A DNA stretch of 64,000 nt, from positions 32,001-96,000 of the forward strand of contig CAZQQT010000006.1 of the NCBI GenBank assembly GCA_964595645.1, given 5' to 3'. Shown one piece after another: positions 59,216 through 64,000 of this stretch (its first letter is position 1; each line of letters starts with the position of its first letter). The notes beneath the pieces were generated by a model. That model was not told the DNA's origin. It saw only the letters and a list, made by a program, of their open reading frames with translations, and did no database searches. A program made the position numbers and the translations under genes. The DNA comes from an uncultured Thermococci archaeon. GTDB taxonomy: Archaea > Methanobacteriota_B > Thermococci > Methanofastidiosales > B48-G16.

Positions 59216-60346
59216 TTACAGGAAGTCTATACCGAGATCGTACTTCTCTCCTTCCTCACCTACAAACATCTCTGATCGTTTTGGCCCCAGCACATACGGG
59301 GAACTGACACCCGAGACAACGACCATCACCCGCAGGGCATTCTTCAAGTCCTCATCTATTTGGGCACCCCATATAATCTGGGCCTCCGGATCGAGTTCGT
59401 TGGAAATAATTTCTACTACTCGTTCGGCCTCTTCAAGCTTCATATCTGATGAACCGGTCACATTGACAAGTGCACCGGTCGATCCTGAGATATCGATATC
59501 GATCAACGGGGAGTGTAACGCTTCTTCCACAGCTTCGACGGATCTATTCTCTGTATCGCTTTCTCCAAGACCTATCATCGCAACTCCTCCGTCTTCCATC
59601 ACCGATCTCACATCTGCGAAGTCCAGGTTCACAATCCCTGCTTTTGTAATGAGATCTGTGATTCCCATAACAGCTCTGATGAGAATATCGTCCGACACTT
59701 TAAAGGCTGCTGAAATGGGCAGACCCGGTGCCATCTCCAAGAGTTTATCATTGGGGATGACAATCACCGTATCTGCGGCCTTTCTCAGATTCTCCAGACC
59801 TTTTTCTGCATTTCTCTGTCTTCGTATACCCTCTACAGTGAAAGGAATTGTCACAATAGCGACCGTTAACGCACCAATCTTTTTTGCCACTTCTGCAATG
59901 ATTGGAGCCGATCCTGTGCCGGTACCGCCTCCAAGTCCGCAGGTGATAAAGACCATATCTGCTCCTTCCAGCGCGTCCCGAATAAGTCTCTCATCTTCTT
60001 TTGCGGCCTCTTCTCCAAGTCGTGGATCGTTTCCGGCTCCAAGACCCTTGGTGACACTTTTACCTATCAAAATTCGTTTTGCGGCCTTCTTATTGAGTAG
60101 ATCCTGTGCATCTGTATTTACCGAGATAGCTTCTGCTCCTTCTATTCCTACTTCCATCAGTCTCTGAATCGCATTTCCTCCAGCGCCCCCAGTGCCCACT
60201 ACTTTTATCTTTGCCTGAGCCTGCTGTAAAATTGTTCTCAACTCTTCGTCAGTGTAATCATACCCTTCTTCAGTCTCGGTCTCAGACCTTATCTTTTTTT
60301 CTCCTTCCTCTGCCCTTTGGACCGCATTCTCAATGAGAGATTTCAC
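59216..60346 (-). CDS. ftsZ: Cell division protein FtsZ (FtsZ1 by gene context)
   Basis: GGAGGNA, GLGGGTGTG, NLDFAD; GTG start after GGAGG. Confidence 0.95.
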   Translation of the reverse strand: MKSLIENAVQRAEEGEKKIRSETETEEGYDYTDEELRTILQQAQAKIKVVGTGGAGGNAIQRLMEVGIEGAEAISVNTDAQDLLNKKAAKRILIGKSVTKGLGAGNDPRLGEEAAKEDERLIRDALEGADMVFITCGLGGGTGTGSAPIIAEVAKKIGALTVAIVTIPFTVEGIRRQRNAEKGLENLRKAADTVIVIPNDKLLEMAPGLPISAAFKVSDDILIRAVMGITDLITKAGIVNLDFADVRSVMEDGGVAMIGLGESDTENRSVEAVEEALHSPLIDIDISGSTGALVNVTGSSDMKLEEAERVVEIISNELDPEAQIIWGAQIDEDLKNALRVMVVVSGVSSPYVLGPKRSEMFVGEEGEKYDLGIDFL

Positions 60347-60548
60347 GATATTCCCTCCAAACAAGTAAATTTACCACTATTCTTATTCTTATTACTACTC
60401 TTCCATCTTCATTATATATAAACTTTCTGCTTTAATTGGCATCTTGATACCGTATTTTACGGTGTGAGGTTTAAAAAGCTTTTCTATCATTAGATGACGT
60501 TGCCCCTACCAAAAGGCTTTTATAATAAAAATCTCCACGTATTTTAAC

Positions 60549-60619
60549 GCCGAGGTAGCAAAGTGGTTATGCACTGGACTGCAGATCCAGGTACGAGGGT
60601 TCGAATCCCTCCCTCGGCT
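60549..60619 (+). tRNA. tRNA-Cys(GCA)
   Basis: GCCGAGG...CTGGA-CTGCAGA-TCCAG...GGTTCGAATCCCT-CCCTCGGC-T. Confidence 0.93.
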
Positions 60620-60711
60620 TGCGTGAATCCCTTTTTTGCGAAAAAAAGCGATTTTATTCTAAAAAACAGCATATCATCTATTCTTTTATGAGTATGGATC
60701 ATGGAGGCTCT

Positions 60712-61143
60712 TTAGAATCCTGGTATTTCAGGTGCCTCTTCTGCTAATTCGTGTGTTTTGTACGTCTTTACTTGTTTTTGGTTGTTTAGGTGTTTATCGT
60801 TACTCCATATCCCACAGTTAAGCCTTAGAGCTAATGCTAGAAAAGGAACGTCATTTGGGTCGTTGAGAGCTTTCTTAGCTTTTTCTAAGTTACTTTCATA
60901 TTCTTTTTTAGGTACTACGATGATTTGATTGTAGATTCTCAGGAGCAAGGGAGTGAGTGCTTTGGGATTTCCTCCTCTCGACTCTATTTTTTCTTTTATC
61001 AGTTCTTTATGCTTGTTTATTTCATTTTGGAGTTGTTCGGGAACGTAGAGTTCTAGTGAAGGGTGTTGTATGAGTTCTCTGGTCTTTTCTTTATTGGCTA
61101 TTAGTGCTGAGATTACTATATTGGAGTCTACTACTAGTTTCAT
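60712..61143 (-). CDS. vapC: PIN-domain toxin
   Basis: VVDSNIVISAL, DPNDVPFLALA, WSNDK. Confidence 0.88.
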   Translation of the reverse strand: MKLVVDSNIVISALIANKEKTRELIQHPSLELYVPEQLQNEINKHKELIKEKIESRGGNPKALTPLLLRIYNQIIVVPKKEYESNLEKAKKALNDPNDVPFLALALRLNCGIWSNDKHLNNQKQVKTYKTHELAEEAPEIPGF

Positions 61144-61148
61144 CTTAT

Positions 61149-61373
61149 CTATACTTCATGTTTTTTAGCTATTCTTTGTTTTACTTTTTTCTTTATTTCT
61201 TCTAGATCCTCTTCTTCTAGTTGTAGTGATTGCGCTAGTGCTTCTGTTTCTCTTATTTTCTCTAGGTATTCATTGAGTGCTTTTCTTATTACTTCGCTCC
61301 AGTTTATCTCCTTGTATTTCTCCATCTCTTCTTTGGTGTCTTTTGATACCCTTACTGATACTATTTCAGACAT
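61149..61373 (-). CDS. RHH antitoxin
   Basis: IVSVRV...INWSEVIRKAL; upstream of the PIN gene. Confidence 0.8.
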   Translation of the reverse strand: MSEIVSVRVSKDTKEEMEKYKEINWSEVIRKALNEYLEKIRETEALAQSLQLEEEDLEEIKKKVKQRIAKKHEV

Positions 61374-61961
61374 ATTTTCACCTCTTAGTTGAACTTTTTT
61401 GAGTCTCATCTTGTATTACATGTAATACACTTTATATAGTTATGGGTTATAAAGTGGGGTTATCGTCACAGCTGTTGAATTTTTTGGTATTTTCATCTGC
61501 CTATCTAGAGCATGCCAAAAGACTGATGACTTCTGGCACATGAGGTGTCAACTAATGGATGATGGCATACTCAAAGAACGGACTATGAACTATACGATGG
61601 AACGCGAGTGCAAACGAGGCGGATTTTGTTTTTGCAGACTGGAAGAACCAAATAGATCAGATAGGTATATCACGTCTATACGGGGGCCCGTTAGAGAAAA
61701 CAAGACTTACACAATTTTTTCCTCGGCATATAATTAGTTATTTCCTCAATGAGTTTTCCAATGAAAGAAATTTAATAATACACGGGAGGATTGAGCCTCT
61801 AATGAAAAAACCAGTTAGAAATACTTTATTAATTTTATTCGCTCTTTTAGATTTCATAAGGGAACTAAGTGAAAAAAATAACATAAGTCTTACTGTCATC
61901 GTATCGTCCTCAAACCAACTTCACCATAAAGCTCATTGCAACAAGTACCCTCTATGGATGC

Positions 61962-62225
61962 TCAATATCCTTTCCCCCGTGTGAACACGTCGATCACTTT
62001 CACCACGTCCTTCTCGATCGTGTAGATGATCCTGTACCTACCGACTCTCAACCGGTACTTTAGCGGATGGGTACTAGTGAGCTTCTTTAAGTCTGCCCTG
62101 GATCGAGCTCTATACGGATCCTCTTTGAGCTTCGTAAGCAAGGATCTGATCCGTTCCTGGAGAGAGTCCTCCAGTGAATGGAACTGTTTCCGAAACGTAG
62201 TCCAAACGAGTACTGTGTACGTCAT
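61962..62225 (-). CDS. relE: RelE/ParE family toxin
   Basis: YRLRVGRYRIIY, RGKGY. Confidence 0.88.
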   Translation of the reverse strand: MTYTVLVWTTFRKQFHSLEDSLQERIRSLLTKLKEDPYRARSRADLKKLTSTHPLKYRLRVGRYRIIYTIEKDVVKVIDVFTRGKGY

Positions 62226-62416
62226 AGCTTCTCAAGCGGGATAAACTCATCCTCTTCGAGGATCCTGTTCCATCGATCATCCAGTTTTTTCCAGCCTACT
62301 TCCTCTATCAGTGTACGGATAATTGTATCGTAGCTTTCCCCCTTGTTCCCGAGCTTTCGGAGCATTTCCTTTGTCTCTTGTGAGACTGCCACCGTCGTTT
62401 TTGACATGAGCATCAC
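62222..62416 (-). CDS. RHH antitoxin
   Basis: TTVAVSQETKEML..LG.KGESYDTIIR; overlaps the relE start. Confidence 0.8.
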   Translation of the reverse strand: MMLMSKTTVAVSQETKEMLRKLGNKGESYDTIIRTLIEEVGWKKLDDRWNRILEEDEFIPLEKL

Positions 62417-62569
62417 CTATACTCATTATAACGATTATGATATTTATAAAGATTATGGCGATATACTCTCAGCTGACATAGTATTATTCAACTCATATTT
62501 CATGGATCGTCTCCATCCCGTGAGCCAGTATCAGCAACATTTTTAGGTATGCAAAAGAAAAGTACTACT

Positions 62570-63361
62570 ATGAAATACATAACGATTCGAGGTCAAAAAA
62601 TTCCTGCAATTGGATTAGGTACATGGCAGTTAAAAGGAAAAGAAGGGAAAATAGCCATAAAAACCGCACTGGATCTAGGATACCGACATATCGACACCGC
62701 ACAGATGTACAACAACGAAAGTGAAGTCGGTGAAGCAATAGCAGATCATGAAATTCCTCGCGACGAGATATTCGTGACAACGAAACTCGACAGGATGAAT
62801 TTGAGATATGATACTGTATCGAGCTCCTTTAAAGAAAGTTTGGAGAGACTCAGCATGGACTATGTAGACCTCTTGTTAATCCACTGGCCCAGTGAAACTG
62901 TCCCTCTTGAGGAAACACTGAATGCAATGAATGAACTTCGCAACGCAGGAAAGGTTGAACATATCGGTGTGAGTAACTTCTCTGTAGAGTTAATGAAAAA
63001 AGCGCAGAAGTATTCCGAAGCACCTATTTTCTGCAATCAGGTTGAGTACCACCCTTTTTACTCGCAGAAAGAAATTATCAGCTACTGCCAGAACAATGAG
63101 ATTGTGTGTACTGCCTATAGCCCTCTGGCAAAGGGAAGAGCAATAAATAACAAAACATTAACAGAGATAGGAAAAAAGTACGGGAAAACAGCTGCCCAGA
63201 TTACATTGAGGTGGCATATCCAACAGGAGAACGTGATACCGATCCCAAAAGCTTCCTCGAGGAGACATTTAAAGGAGAATATTGACATCTTCAATTTCAC
63301 GCTGAGCGAGAAAGATATGGGGAGGATTTTTCAACTGGAAAAAGGAATGAAACTGATATAA
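62570..63361 (+). CDS. Aldo/keto reductase (DkgB-like)
   Basis: GLGTW, HIDTAQMY, LLIHWP, GVSNF, IPKAS. Confidence 0.92.
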   Translation: MKYITIRGQKIPAIGLGTWQLKGKEGKIAIKTALDLGYRHIDTAQMYNNESEVGEAIADHEIPRDEIFVTTKLDRMNLRYDTVSSSFKESLERLSMDYVDLLLIHWPSETVPLEETLNAMNELRNAGKVEHIGVSNFSVELMKKAQKYSEAPIFCNQVEYHPFYSQKEIISYCQNNEIVCTAYSPLAKGRAINNKTLTEIGKKYGKTAAQITLRWHIQQENVIPIPKASSRRHLKENIDIFNFTLSEKDMGRIFQLEKGMKLI

Positions 63362-63366
63362 ATACA

Positions 63367-64000
63367 TTAAAGCTCCAGATCCACTTTTTTCAGTCTTGCA
63401 GAGTTAGTCACGACGTTCACGCTAGAGAACGCCATAGCAGCCTCAGCGATCAATGGGTGAAGTAATCCAGCAAAGGCCACAGGAATGGCAATCACATTGT
63501 ACGCAAATGCCCATATCAAATTTTGTCTGATCTTCCGGAATGTTGCATTGGAGAGTTTCACTGCTTTGACCACTGCCGAAAGATCCCCTTTCACTAACAC
63601 AATATCACCGCTTTCTATTGCAATATCGGTGCCAGTGCCGATTGCGATTCCCACATCCGCTTGTTCCAGTGCCGGTGCATCATTGATGCCGTCACCTACC
63701 ATTGCCACCAGCTCTCCTCCTTGCTGGAGTCTTCTGATCTCGTTCACTTTTTCATCAGGAAGCACCTCCGCGATGACACGGGAGATGCCCACTTCTCGTG
63801 CGATGGCGTCGGCAGTAGCCTTGTTATCACCGGTGAGCATTACAGGTTCAAGTCCCTCCTTCTTCAGGAACTGTATGGCCCGGGCCGAGTCTTCCTTCAC
63901 CTGATCCGCGATACCGATCAGACCCTTTACCTCGTTATCAACTGCAACAAACACAACTGTTTTTGCCTCCTGCTGAAGCCGCTCAAATTCATCTTCGTAT
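63367..64000 (-). CDS. copA: P1B heavy-metal ATPase, C-terminal part
   Basis: MLTGDN, GDGINDAPAL, YN..AIP, MAFSS. Confidence 0.88.
   Translation of the reverse strand, partial: YEDEFERLQQEAKTVVFVAVDNEVKGLIGIADQVKEDSARAIQFLKKEGLEPVMLTGDNKATADAIAREVGISRVIAEVLPDEKVNEIRRLQQGGELVAMVGDGINDAPALEQADVGIAIGTGTDIAIESGDIVLVKGDLSAVVKAVKLSNATFRKIRQNLIWAFAYNVIAIPVAFAGLLHPLIAEAAMAFSSVNVVTNSARLKKVDLEL

Noticed and set aside
59196-60167. Long plus-strand ORFs opposite ftsZ and rpl11, and similar short antisense ORFs throughout
   Set aside because: Antisense shadows of well-supported genes, with no motifs of their own
60549-62420. TA pairs downstream of tRNA-Cys as a second integrated element
   Set aside because: No integrase or duplicated tRNA-Cys 3' end found in the window; it cannot be excluded beyond the edge

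Overview
Archaeal DNA. The evidence is BRE/TATA promoters, archaeal ribosomal genes and a GCIGG-type lipoprotein; a Thermococci-related euryarchaeon is inferred, not shown. Host core genes lie at both ends. Left: arcS (partial, absent from the ORF track) and tRNA-Ile2(CAT). Right: tRNA-Asn, rpl12-rpl10-rpl1-rpl11-spt5-secE-ftsZ, tRNA-Cys, two toxin-antitoxin pairs, an aldo/keto reductase and a partial copA. Everything between (about 1278-56171, ~55 kb) is one element integrated in the 3' end of tRNA-Asn(GTT). It is bounded by a 16-bp direct repeat, and the reconstructed attP has two symmetric 15-bp arm-like sites. The element splits a tRNA-Asn/tRNA-Ile2 pair and appears to supply a replacement promoter for tRNA-Ile2. 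Cargo has four parts. (i) A ~26-kb catabolic cluster (ABC importer, peptidases, dipeptide epimerase, aminotransferases, divergent flavoprotein reductase, CoA ligase and others) whose promoters share a GCATATGC palindrome, headed by an HTH-10 regulator. (ii) A partly decayed defence-like region with two inverted NucS-domain nuclease genes that differ in their N-terminal domains, each next to a UDG-superfamily gene and a small PD-(D/E)xK gene. (iii) A minimal second tyrosine recombinase, HNH, HEPN-like and membrane genes, an Lsm gene and an IPCT/DIPPS-like gene. (iv) A GC-rich backbone (Zn-finger, P-loop replication-like protein, wHTH, a ~195-bp structured direct repeat around vapBC, integrase). 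All product calls come from motif recognition by eye; no searches were run.
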